Source of the DNA: a virus
Virus record (IMG/VR): IMGVR_UViG_3300042691_038416
Span: 32,001-96,000 of that record
Strand: one strand, 5' to 3'
Length of the DNA: 64,000 bases
Shown: piece by piece, positions 1 through 9,174 of the stretch
Numbering within the stretch: the first letter of the stretch is position 1
Layout of the letters: the number at the start of each line of letters is the position of its first letter
Translations under genes and position numbers: made by a program
Notes under the pieces: generated by a model
Told to the model about the DNA's origin: nothing
The model's input: only the letters and a program-made list of their open reading frames with translations
Databases searched by the model: none

Positions 1-146
1 TTATCTATTTTTTCTAAAGCAGCTACAGCATCTTTAACTGTACCACCTAGAGGTGTAAGTACTAAGTCATAAGTTAATTTTTCCTTATTACTTTTTTCTT
101 CACCACCTTCTTCTTGTTCTACTAACTTATATTTAAATTTATTCAT
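1..146 (-). CDS. hypothetical protein, truncated by window edge (MNKFKYKLVEQEEGG...)
   Basis: Translated by hand; ATG at 146 overlaps the stop of the 143..673 gene (ATGA); open to the window start. Confidence 0.7.
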   Translation of the reverse strand, partial: MNKFKYKLVEQEEGGEEKSNKEKLTYDLVLTPLGGTVKDAVAALEKID

Positions 147-673
147 AGTCCTAGTTTTTCTAATTCATTTATTACTTGCCCAGTTGATGTATATAATATA
201 CCTATACCACCTGCTACTTTCCATTCGTCTATATTTTTAGGTAAATCGTCAATAAGAATAGATTTACCTGAAGCATAATCTTTTTTATTTTCTCTTTTAG
301 ATAAAATTAATCTGGTTCCAGGTAAATTTTCTTGAACCCATAATTTTTTACCATAGCGAGATGAATAATCAGATGAAGGAGCTGATAGTAATGATGGTTT
401 ATATTTTGATATATAACTCCATAATTGTTTACCTCCAGATGTCCATGGCATTTTAGACCAAAACTGTTCACCTACTTTAGTGATTAGTTCCCAAAACTTT
501 TTAGTACCAAATCTAGTTTCATACTCATTAGGAGACATACCTCCAAACTGTTCAAAACGTCTATTAAAATCACATAGTACACCATCCATATCACAATATA
601 TTTTATATTGTGCTACTTGAGCTGCTTGTTCTTCTTCTCTTAACTGTTTATATATATTTGTTAATTTATACAT
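143..673 (-). CDS. HAD-family 5'(3')-deoxyribonucleotidase-like protein
   Basis: Motif I YCDMDGVL and C-terminal ILIDD typical of NT5C-like phage HAD enzymes. Confidence 0.85.
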   Translation of the reverse strand: MYKLTNIYKQLREEEQAAQVAQYKIYCDMDGVLCDFNRRFEQFGGMSPNEYETRFGTKKFWELITKVGEQFWSKMPWTSGGKQLWSYISKYKPSLLSAPSSDYSSRYGKKLWVQENLPGTRLILSKRENKKDYASGKSILIDDLPKNIDEWKVAGGIGILYTSTGQVINELEKLGL

Positions 674-2807
674 TCTTAATTGAATCTTCCCAATTTCTAA
701 AAATTATATTTCCGTTAAGGTAGGCTTCTTTTTCCAACTCTTGTAAGTTAGAATCCTCATTAGTATTAGTAGTGTTAACATTATTTAATCTACCTTCATT
801 ATCTTGAATACGATGAATCATTTCATGTGAGTAAGAACGCAACACATCTTTTGGATGACGATTTAAAGTATATAAAGTAATTGAACATTCATTAGGATTA
901 TAATATGCGGTTTTACCTAAAATATTTTCAGCGTTTTTTACATCACTATTTATTATTTTTAATTTAGGTAAAGGTGATATATTTAAACCTTGATCCATCA
1001 TATATTTAGTTAATGATGCTAAAGCACTTTTAAAATCAGTTGGTTGAGAATGCATACAACCACAATTTTCATTTAACTCAATTTTAGGATCTGGAGTCTG
1101 GAAATCCTTTTTACGCATTATAGTTTTAGCTATAATTTTATCAGACATTTGAACTAATGGAATATTGATATTAGTCCTATTATCTGATGCTACTACTTCT
1201 CTGTATTTAGTAAGGAAATCATTTAATTCATTTTTCTTACGAGCTAAACGTTTAAAAAATCCAATAAGTTCAGCTGGTGAGATAGGTTTGATATTTCTAG
1301 GATCATTTAATCTATCAAAGAAATGTTTAGTAAAATCAACATCTACAGGTGATAATTCCTTATCAGCATATGCTTCAACTGATTTAAGATCAGCTTGAGA
1401 CATTTCTTCTTGAATATTAAATATTTTCTTAATTTTTTCTTGAGGTATTCCAGCTGGTAGAAATTTAGATATATCTTGTTCAGGCTGTAATGCTTGTCTA
1501 AAATCTGTGGCGTTTATATTTTCACCTTGAGATACAGTTGTTCCACCATCAAATACTTTAGCATTCATATAACGAGGATCATTACCTACTTTCACATATC
1601 TATCTTCTTCTCCTTTACCATATACAGCTATATAATTGTTATTTTGATTAGCTTCTATAGTATCTAAAACATATTTTACAGGTGAACCCTGAATAATTTT
1701 AATATCTAATTTTCCGCCTAATAATGTATTATATAGTTCCCAAATAGCTTTACTTTGTTCAGCAGTAACACCCTCAACTGGTTTAGCTGAGATTAGGATT
1801 TCTATTTTATCTGCTATATTAAGTAATTTTTTAGCTACTTCAAAATGTCCTTTATGAGGTGGTTTAAATTTACCTGGGTATAAAGCAATTATTGGATTTG
1901 ATTCTTGTTCAAATAATAATGGTAAAAGTAATGCTCTAGTTAAAGCATTAGCTTCTAATAAACTATCAACAGAATTTAAAGCTGCTTGTTTATTATCACC
2001 TTTAGGTGTATTAACTTCACCACTTTTAATAGATACCATTGATTTAAAAATACCTTTTACTCTATTTTTAGAACGAGGATTTTTTAAATTAGTAGATAAA
2101 TCTTTTAATAATGTTTTAAAATCAGCGTCTATATTATAATTTGTAAATAATTTTTTAACATCATTCCAATTAGATGATTTCCAAACATCTGTTCTTTCAG
2201 TTTCTTTAAAATTATCTAAAGTAACAATACGTAATGTTAAAGCTTGACTTGATAAATTAAATTCATATTCTTGATTAGGTTCTAAAGCAGGTACATTTTT
2301 AATACCTAAACGAGCAAATATTTCTTTAGGATCTTCTTCTAAACATATTACTTTAGTTAAACCTAATAATAAACCCTGTACCTCAGCTGGATAATCTAAA
2401 AATGTATTTTTAAATGTAGATTCTTCTTCACTAATAGATACAATATTATCTATTTGAACAAATTCACCAGGCATTCCTACTATCGGATATAATATAGTCA
2501 CTAATTCTCCACTACTAAGAGATTTCTTACCTTTATATTTATCACTTTTAAATGGTACAATTACTGAGTCAGGTTGAGAAGCAAAAAATTTAGCTAAATC
2601 TTGTTTAATTATTTTTTTATCTTCACCTTCTAATTGTACAATTAAGTCAATATCACCAAAATCTTGTTTTGTTCCTGCGTTGTATGAGCCAGTAATTTTA
2701 GCTGATTTAAAGCCAGAAAATTTAGATAATACTTTTTCAATATAATCTTTAACTGTATTCTCAACAGCTGCTCTAGATATTCTATTTCCTCCTGCTGAAC
2801 CTGACAT
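666..2807 (-). CDS. multidomain protein: Pol-beta nucleotidyltransferase + HIGH-type (cytidylyltransferase-like) domain + unknown domain + HExxH zinc-peptidase-like domain
   Basis: TGS..GDIDL; YPGKFKPPHKGH and NATDFR; SYSHEMIH...EKEAY. Confidence 0.75.
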   Translation of the reverse strand: MSGSAGGNRISRAAVENTVKDYIEKVLSKFSGFKSAKITGSYNAGTKQDFGDIDLIVQLEGEDKKIIKQDLAKFFASQPDSVIVPFKSDKYKGKKSLSSGELVTILYPIVGMPGEFVQIDNIVSISEEESTFKNTFLDYPAEVQGLLLGLTKVICLEEDPKEIFARLGIKNVPALEPNQEYEFNLSSQALTLRIVTLDNFKETERTDVWKSSNWNDVKKLFTNYNIDADFKTLLKDLSTNLKNPRSKNRVKGIFKSMVSIKSGEVNTPKGDNKQAALNSVDSLLEANALTRALLLPLLFEQESNPIIALYPGKFKPPHKGHFEVAKKLLNIADKIEILISAKPVEGVTAEQSKAIWELYNTLLGGKLDIKIIQGSPVKYVLDTIEANQNNNYIAVYGKGEEDRYVKVGNDPRYMNAKVFDGGTTVSQGENINATDFRQALQPEQDISKFLPAGIPQEKIKKIFNIQEEMSQADLKSVEAYADKELSPVDVDFTKHFFDRLNDPRNIKPISPAELIGFFKRLARKKNELNDFLTKYREVVASDNRTNINIPLVQMSDKIIAKTIMRKKDFQTPDPKIELNENCGCMHSQPTDFKSALASLTKYMMDQGLNISPLPKLKIINSDVKNAENILGKTAYYNPNECSITLYTLNRHPKDVLRSYSHEMIHRIQDNEGRLNNVNTTNTNEDSNLQELEKEAYLNGNIIFRNWEDSIKNV

Positions 2808-3769
2808 TACGCTGTTTTATATTTAGATAAGTTAGAATTGTCTGGTAGAAATTTACCTTTAAGGCCTAAACGATCTTGATTTTTAATCCAATAGTCTTGT
2901 AAATCATTTGGAATATCAGCTCTAGTTGAGTCTAAAATTCTTAAATATGTATCAAACACTCTATTCAATTTATCTTCAGGTAAATTCTTTTTAATATAAT
3001 CCATTAATTCAAAATAGTCATTTAGAATATCTTGAGTTAAATTAATGTTAAATCCTTTATTTAAAGCTTGTAATGCTTCTTGAGGACTAGTAGCTACTAT
3101 CTCACCAGTACTTTTTAATTTTACTCCTGTACCGTGACTGAAAGTCATATCTAATGCCTGGAATAAAGCTACCATTAATTGAGTTCTATGTAAACCTTTA
3201 ACATTATCTTTGTAAGTATTAGAATAGTAACTAAAATTTAACCAATCTATATTACCTACGTTAATATCAATTTGAACTGCTTTATCTTCTATTTGCTCAC
3301 CATTCTCATTAAACTGAGGGAAATTACAAAATATGGATCCGTTAGCAGTTGATTTATTATCAGTTTCCATAAACTCAGATTTTTCTTCCATGTTAGTAGA
3401 TACTAACTCTAACATGGCTCTAAGTTTACTTTGAGCCTCAGTTGCGCTTTTAGCTCTTTTTCTTATTTTTTCATAAGTAGCATTAAACTCATCAGAATTA
3501 ATATTCCAATCAGATAATAATGGTTCACCATCTTTAATAAAATGATCAACACTAAAACCTAAATCAATATCACCAGACTCGTCTTTTTTACCGACTGAGC
3601 CTAAAGTACTAAAGTCAAATTTTACTTTAGGATATATCTTTTTTAATTCCGCTACAAATTTTTCTAATGTAGGTTTAATATATTCTTTTTTTATACTAGA
3701 TGTGGTACCGAATACGTTACCTCCTTCATCAAGATATATTTCCCTTAAAAGACTGATTAAAGATACCAT
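2807..3769 (-). CDS. Pol-beta superfamily nucleotidyltransferase
   Basis: LGSVGKKDESGDIDL signature and third acidic strand VQID. Confidence 0.75.
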   Translation of the reverse strand: MVSLISLLREIYLDEGGNVFGTTSSIKKEYIKPTLEKFVAELKKIYPKVKFDFSTLGSVGKKDESGDIDLGFSVDHFIKDGEPLLSDWNINSDEFNATYEKIRKRAKSATEAQSKLRAMLELVSTNMEEKSEFMETDNKSTANGSIFCNFPQFNENGEQIEDKAVQIDINVGNIDWLNFSYYSNTYKDNVKGLHRTQLMVALFQALDMTFSHGTGVKLKSTGEIVATSPQEALQALNKGFNINLTQDILNDYFELMDYIKKNLPEDKLNRVFDTYLRILDSTRADIPNDLQDYWIKNQDRLGLKGKFLPDNSNLSKYKTA

Positions 3770-3792
3770 TAAATATTTTTGTCATAAATATG

Positions 3793-4587
3793 TTAAGTAC
3801 CCGGAACAATTTGAATTTCAGTGGGAAACTGTTCATTTGATGCCTTTGGCTCAGGATGTTCTAGTTTATATAACTCATGTATATATCCAAATAATTTTAA
3901 ATTTTCTTCAATAGATTTTGTAGGTTCATATAATTCCCATCCTTTACCTTGAATTTTTTCACCTTTTTTATCTTCACCGCGTTTTGATGATTTTAACCAT
4001 AATATTCCTATATGATCAATTTTTTCTTCATATAACTCATTCCATGCTTGAGCATAAGCGGCTAATTGTAGATCATAACTAGTATGTAATGAATTTGATG
4101 TTTTAATATCTAATAACCATCTTTTACCATCTATTTCTACTACTAAATCACAAGTACCAGCGTAAGTATATATATCTGAGAATAAATGGATTTCACTTTC
4201 AATTAATGTTGGTTTATATGTTGTCCAAAAATCATGGAATTTTAAAATCATTTTCCATACTTCTAAAGAATATTTAGAGTATCCATTTTCATCAACCCAT
4301 ACTATTTTTTCACCAGTTAAATATCTTTCAATAGCATCATGTACCTGTGTTCCTTCGTCAGCGGCTTTTCTAGCTATAATATCTGCATTATGTCCTACAT
4401 CTTTTAACCAGTTTTCAAAAAACTTATTTTTGGGCATATATTGTAATATACTAGTCACAGAAGGATATAATTTATTTTCTCGACTGTAATATCTGGTATC
4501 TAAAATATTAACTCGTTTAGATTCAGAATCTATTTTTACTAATCTTGTAACACTTTTTTTATGTACATTCACATTTTTTTCTATCAT
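3793..4587 (-). CDS. PD-(D/E)XK exonuclease
   Basis: YPSVTSIL, GTQVH, AGTCD..LDIKTS, QLAAYA motifs. Confidence 0.85.
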   Translation of the reverse strand: MIEKNVNVHKKSVTRLVKIDSESKRVNILDTRYYSRENKLYPSVTSILQYMPKNKFFENWLKDVGHNADIIARKAADEGTQVHDAIERYLTGEKIVWVDENGYSKYSLEVWKMILKFHDFWTTYKPTLIESEIHLFSDIYTYAGTCDLVVEIDGKRWLLDIKTSNSLHTSYDLQLAAYAQAWNELYEEKIDHIGILWLKSSKRGEDKKGEKIQGKGWELYEPTKSIEENLKLFGYIHELYKLEHPEPKASNEQFPTEIQIVPGT

Positions 4588-5516
4588 ATAATTTGTAGTT
4601 TTTTCTCAAGTAAATTTGAGAATGTTAGTGGTAAAGTGTTTTGAATTAAATTAGTAAATTTCTCAAACCCCATTTCACTAGGATCTTTATCTTCAAGATT
4701 CACCAAATAAACCTCTTTACCTTCGTTCATTAGTGTTTCACAAAAATTTAACGCCTGTTTAATAGCGTCTTTATCTAAGGCAATATATATTTTTTCAACT
4801 GATGAGTTGAGGATTTTCTTCATTAAGCTCTTCTGTATTGTTTTACCTAATAATGGTATAGCATTACGTTTAATAGTAATAGCATCAAACATGCCTTCAC
4901 ATAAAATAATAGGTACATTCCAATTAATAAAATGCTCTAAACCAATGATATCTCTAGCTACATCAGGATTTTTATATTTAATAGGTGAGTTTTTATCGAA
5001 GTTTCTTGCGGTAAAATAATTGAGATTTCCATTCTCACCATATGAGGGAATAATAATCATATTAGAGAATAAACCAAATTCACAATAACCTATATTATAC
5101 TTAATTATATCTTCTTTAGTAATACCTCTATTTTTAAGATATGTTATAGCTTTTTTAGCGGTTAAACTGTTTAATTGGGCGTTAGTTAATGGTATAAACT
5201 CTTTAGGTAACTCTGCTTTTTTATTATCAATAATTTCAACTTGTTTACCATCAGTTTTTACTAACAGTTTTAACTGGTTGATTTTATCTTGATCTACCTC
5301 TATCTTTTTAAATAATATAGTTAATTTTTTACCTTTAAATCCACATACCCAGCACTGATAAAATTGGAAATGAGGTGATGTTTCATTTAGGTTAATTTCT
5401 AGTTTTAATTTATGATGTTTGCATTCAGGGCAATGGTATGCTCTATTACCTTTAGATGTAGACTTACCTTTACCTAAGACAGAATCAATTAAGAATACTA
5501 GAGCATTATTAGTCAT
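4584..5516 (-). CDS. DNA primase (Zn finger + TOPRIM)
   Basis: CPEC..CWVC zinc finger; CEGMFDA, ALDKDA, KDPSE. Confidence 0.9.
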   Translation of the reverse strand: MTNNALVFLIDSVLGKGKSTSKGNRAYHCPECKHHKLKLEINLNETSPHFQFYQCWVCGFKGKKLTILFKKIEVDQDKINQLKLLVKTDGKQVEIIDNKKAELPKEFIPLTNAQLNSLTAKKAITYLKNRGITKEDIIKYNIGYCEFGLFSNMIIIPSYGENGNLNYFTARNFDKNSPIKYKNPDVARDIIGLEHFINWNVPIILCEGMFDAITIKRNAIPLLGKTIQKSLMKKILNSSVEKIYIALDKDAIKQALNFCETLMNEGKEVYLVNLEDKDPSEMGFEKFTNLIQNTLPLTFSNLLEKKLQII

Positions 5517-5554
5517 GTTTACTAATATATGAAATTATATTCTATAAGCCAAGC

Positions 5555-6019
5555 TTAGCTTAAAAAATCTTTTGTAAAAAATTTACCTAATATATTATCG
5601 TTAAAATAATAATCTGGATTTTCTAGGACACCTAATGTAAATAACACTTTGGTCTCATAGTATGTTAATAATTTTTTATTAGGAACAATAATCAATATTT
5701 CACGAGTGAACTCATCTTCTTTACCTTCCTTAACCATCTCAAGAATAGGTTTAGCAGAACCATGATATTTTAACCAATCTGATTCTTTTTGTACTTTTTT
5801 AGAAGTAGATTTACGGCCAGGACCTGATTGTTCAGCTAATTCTTTTTTAGTAAGTTTTTTAGTTAAATTGTGGTATAAAGCTTTTTTACCAACATATGCT
5901 TTACCTGTGGGAGTATGAGTAACTATATAAATAAAACCATACATTCCTTCAGGAAAATCTTCTAGTGAATTATATTCTTTAATAACATCATCAGATATTT
6001 GAGAAAACCATTTATTCAT
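5555..6019 (-). CDS. GIY-YIG-like endonuclease
   Basis: GFIY...YVGKK, REIL, E, N.NI motifs. Confidence 0.65.
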   Translation of the reverse strand: MNKWFSQISDDVIKEYNSLEDFPEGMYGFIYIVTHTPTGKAYVGKKALYHNLTKKLTKKELAEQSGPGRKSTSKKVQKESDWLKYHGSAKPILEMVKEGKEDEFTREILIIVPNKKLLTYYETKVLFTLGVLENPDYYFNDNILGKFFTKDFLS

Positions 6020-6022
6020 AAA

Positions 6023-7444
6023 TTATTGATCTATATTAATTAATATTGTTGTATCTGTTGTTGGTGATCCAGGAACAGGTTGTGCTAACTTACCTATTGC
6101 TAGTAAATTTTGTTGTTCATCATATAAACCAATTGTTGTAATATAAGGTGAAAAATATGATTCTGTTACATATCCGTACACACTACCTGATGTATTATCT
6201 TGTATAGTACTAGGATTTAATGTGAAATTAAATTCATTTTCTCTAATAGTACATTTATATTGAGTTTCATAAATAGTATATGAACTTGAAAACGAACATG
6301 TGAAATTAGTAGCATCTACAAATCCAAATATAGTATTATTTACATTAATAGGTAATGGAGCTGTACCGTATACATAATTAGATCCATAAATAGCACTACC
6401 ATAAAGAGCGCTAAATACTGTTGAAGGAGAAATAGTAGCGCTAGAAGCAGCAGCGAATAGATCTTGATTTCCAGTCAATGTAACTATACCATGAGTATAT
6501 ATAATATTTCCTACTATATTGGAACCAGTTAATATATTTCCTTCACCATCATCATAAAATGAACTACTATCAAAACTCATTCTAAATGAATTTGGTTCTA
6601 TATATTCACCAAACACACCAGCGGGAATAGATAAAACACCTATATAGCTATTTGAGGCTGTTGGGAAAAATCTAGGGTAAGATAATGTAGTTTGTAAGTA
6701 ATTATCATAATGACCTTGACTACTTGCTGATCCTATATATCTATCTCCTTCAGAATCTCTTCCAGGAATTAGAACTTGTCTATTAACTGAGTCACTATAT
6801 GAGGAAGATAAATAATTTGAATAATATAATTGTTTTACAGAGTCATAAACTAGTCTTTGATATTGATATGAACCAGAGATTACATCATTTGTACCATCAT
6901 AAAAATAAGTTAATACACTAGCTGAATTAAAATAATTGTAGTTTCCTATGTAGCCAGTTACAGTTGAAGTTAAATTTAAAAATGATAATAAATTAACAGC
7001 AGATATAGTATATATTCCAGGATAATATGATGATGAAGCATTAATATGTGATGCTATTCTATTAGCTGTCATAGTACTATTTGATCCAGAGGGTATAAAG
7101 ATAGTGTTAAAATTATTAAGAGGAGTAGTACTACCTGTTATAACAAAAACAGTATCATTTATAGCAAATGAACTTGACCCAATAGAAACTGCTTGGTTAT
7201 GAAAATCAACTGTATTTACACCATATAATATAGCATTTACTCCAGGTGTTATAACAGTATATTCTCCAGTATATGGATCTATATTAGGACTAAAATCAAA
7301 TTGAGTAATATTTCGACCTAATAATCTACTAATACCAACATCAGAAGCTGTGAGTTCTGAGTTACCTTGAAAAGTAAATCCTTTACTTACCTGTAAAGGT
7401 GTAACAATAACATCGGATGTGAGAAGTTGTTTGTATGCACTCAT
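6023..7444 (-). CDS. virion structural (tail/baseplate) protein
   Basis: Ser/Thr/Gly rich; C-terminal EFN..NP...TTIGLY..LLA.KL domain shared with the next gene; in baseplate module. Confidence 0.65.
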   Translation of the reverse strand: MSAYKQLLTSDVIVTPLQVSKGFTFQGNSELTASDVGISRLLGRNITQFDFSPNIDPYTGEYTVITPGVNAILYGVNTVDFHNQAVSIGSSSFAINDTVFVITGSTTPLNNFNTIFIPSGSNSTMTANRIASHINASSSYYPGIYTISAVNLLSFLNLTSTVTGYIGNYNYFNSASVLTYFYDGTNDVISGSYQYQRLVYDSVKQLYYSNYLSSSYSDSVNRQVLIPGRDSEGDRYIGSASSQGHYDNYLQTTLSYPRFFPTASNSYIGVLSIPAGVFGEYIEPNSFRMSFDSSSFYDDGEGNILTGSNIVGNIIYTHGIVTLTGNQDLFAAASSATISPSTVFSALYGSAIYGSNYVYGTAPLPINVNNTIFGFVDATNFTCSFSSSYTIYETQYKCTIRENEFNFTLNPSTIQDNTSGSVYGYVTESYFSPYITTIGLYDEQQNLLAIGKLAQPVPGSPTTDTTILINIDQ

Positions 7445-7449
7445 TCATC

Positions 7450-8451
7450 TTAGAAATCTAACTTAACTCTTACTAATGCTTCTTTTGTAAAGTCTTTTAA
7501 TAAAGGTCTTGATAATTTAGCAACTGCTAATAATTCATTATTATCATTATATAATCCTATTGTAGTAGGAAAGGTTTGTGGGTTATTAATAAATGAATTA
7601 TAAATTACTTCACCTGTACTACCTGAAATAAAACTTGGATTTTCTGAGTAGTTAAACTCAGCATTTCTAGCTCGTATAAAAATATAATCAGATGAAATAG
7701 TTTCTTGACTATTAGCTGAGAATCCTCCTCCTAAATTTAAAGAATTAAATAGAGCTCTATAATTTAAACCATCTGAATTATTAGATTGGCTAGAGGCTAG
7801 TAATATAGATGAGCTAAGAGCTAGAGGATTTAGTAATACAGTTCCAATATCTGGAAGAAATAGACCATAAGAACCAGAAGCAGCACTGTAACCATTTGGG
7901 TTAGTAGTATTGACACTACCAGCAGATCCACTAACTAATTGAAAAACTCTTCCAGCATCATTAAAAACAATAGATGAAGCTACTAAACTATCATCTGTTA
8001 AAGATAAAAAACCTCCTGATCCTGATAATTTTAAAGTTAAGACTCCAGGAAGTAAAGATTGTTTATATCTATTTCTATCTACTGATATTACCCAAAAATC
8101 TGGTGATGTTATCCCACCAAAAGTAAAATCAGAATTTTCATTACCTAGAACTAAATTCCTATATTGACCATAAGTTGTTCTTGTTGGAGATTGTCCATTA
8201 ACCGCATTATTATATAAAGAACTACCACTACCATATTTGTTTCCATAAGCTACAGCAAATTGAACTTCAGCTGAATCATCATCTGAGGCAGTTTGGTAAA
8301 CATTTAGGTAAAAATCTCCAGAGGAACCGGCTTCTTGAACTGATGAACTATAAAAGACTGTTAATGTTGTACTTCCGTCTGTCCATAAAGGAGCTGTGAC
8401 AGAGTCAGAACTCACTACAAAATCTTCAGGTGCTAATCTATTAAATGACAT
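7450..8451 (-). CDS. virion structural protein, C-terminal paralog of 6023..7444
   Basis: EFNYSENP...TTIGLYNDNNELLAVAKL. Confidence 0.65.
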   Translation of the reverse strand: MSFNRLAPEDFVVSSDSVTAPLWTDGSTTLTVFYSSSVQEAGSSGDFYLNVYQTASDDDSAEVQFAVAYGNKYGSGSSLYNNAVNGQSPTRTTYGQYRNLVLGNENSDFTFGGITSPDFWVISVDRNRYKQSLLPGVLTLKLSGSGGFLSLTDDSLVASSIVFNDAGRVFQLVSGSAGSVNTTNPNGYSAASGSYGLFLPDIGTVLLNPLALSSSILLASSQSNNSDGLNYRALFNSLNLGGGFSANSQETISSDYIFIRARNAEFNYSENPSFISGSTGEVIYNSFINNPQTFPTTIGLYNDNNELLAVAKLSRPLLKDFTKEALVRVKLDF

Positions 8452-8470
8452 ATTTTATATAAATTTATTT

Positions 8471-9124
8471 TTAGGATATTTTTGTTACAGTGACAGGAAT
8501 TGTTAAACGAGCTCCACTATCTCTACCTTCAACAGTTAATGTTGCTTGTAATTGAGTATTAGAACCAAATAATGTATTTACAGTAGTTGCTCTTATATTA
8601 ATTGTTGTACCTACAACTGTTTTAGAAACACTAGTTCCTAATGTAGTAGTACTATTTAATGCTTGAGCGGAAGGTGTATTAATACCTACTCCTTCAAATG
8701 TACTCATTAAACGAACATCAGAAATAGTTGCAGTATAACCAGAAGTTTCAAATGTATTACCACCAAAATAATTTAATGTTTGAGGTGTGATTGCTAATGA
8801 AGCACCTTGTTTAATTACAATAGCTGAGTAACCTAAATCAAGAATAGGCATTTTAGCTGTACCACGAGGAAGTGTAACTAATTTATATTTCATAATTTGA
8901 GTTTCCTCAGGAAATGCTTCTAACAAAGGCATATTTACAATTGCTTCACCATAATATGCTGAGCCTGATGGGTGACTAGGATTATATAATGTATAATCAA
9001 CTTCATCATCTGCTAAAGCAAATTGTGTAATTCTAAATGAACCATCATTTTTCGCTAATAATTGTCTTCCTTTTGTTGTTAAAATCGCGTCTACTGTTAC
9101 AACTGCGTTATTTAAATATCCCAT
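8471..9124 (-). CDS. virion structural protein
   Basis: ILTTKGRQLLA..ITQFAL N-terminus resembles tail/baseplate attachment modules; context. Confidence 0.6.
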   Translation of the reverse strand: MGYLNNAVVTVDAILTTKGRQLLAKNDGSFRITQFALADDEVDYTLYNPSHPSGSAYYGEAIVNMPLLEAFPEETQIMKYKLVTLPRGTAKMPILDLGYSAIVIKQGASLAITPQTLNYFGGNTFETSGYTATISDVRLMSTFEGVGINTPSAQALNSTTTLGTSVSKTVVGTTINIRATTVNTLFGSNTQLQATLTVEGRDSGARLTIPVTVTKIS

Positions 9125-9174
9125 GGGTTATATATTATTATATATTTTATTATAAATATTATTAAGTTTTATTT

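Noticed and set aside
3793-4587. Cas4 / CRISPR association
   Set aside because: No Fe-S cysteine cluster and no array; an ordinary phage PD-(D/E)XK nuclease
5555-6019. Mobile intron or homing element
   Set aside because: Free-standing, flanking genes uninterrupted, no intron structure seen
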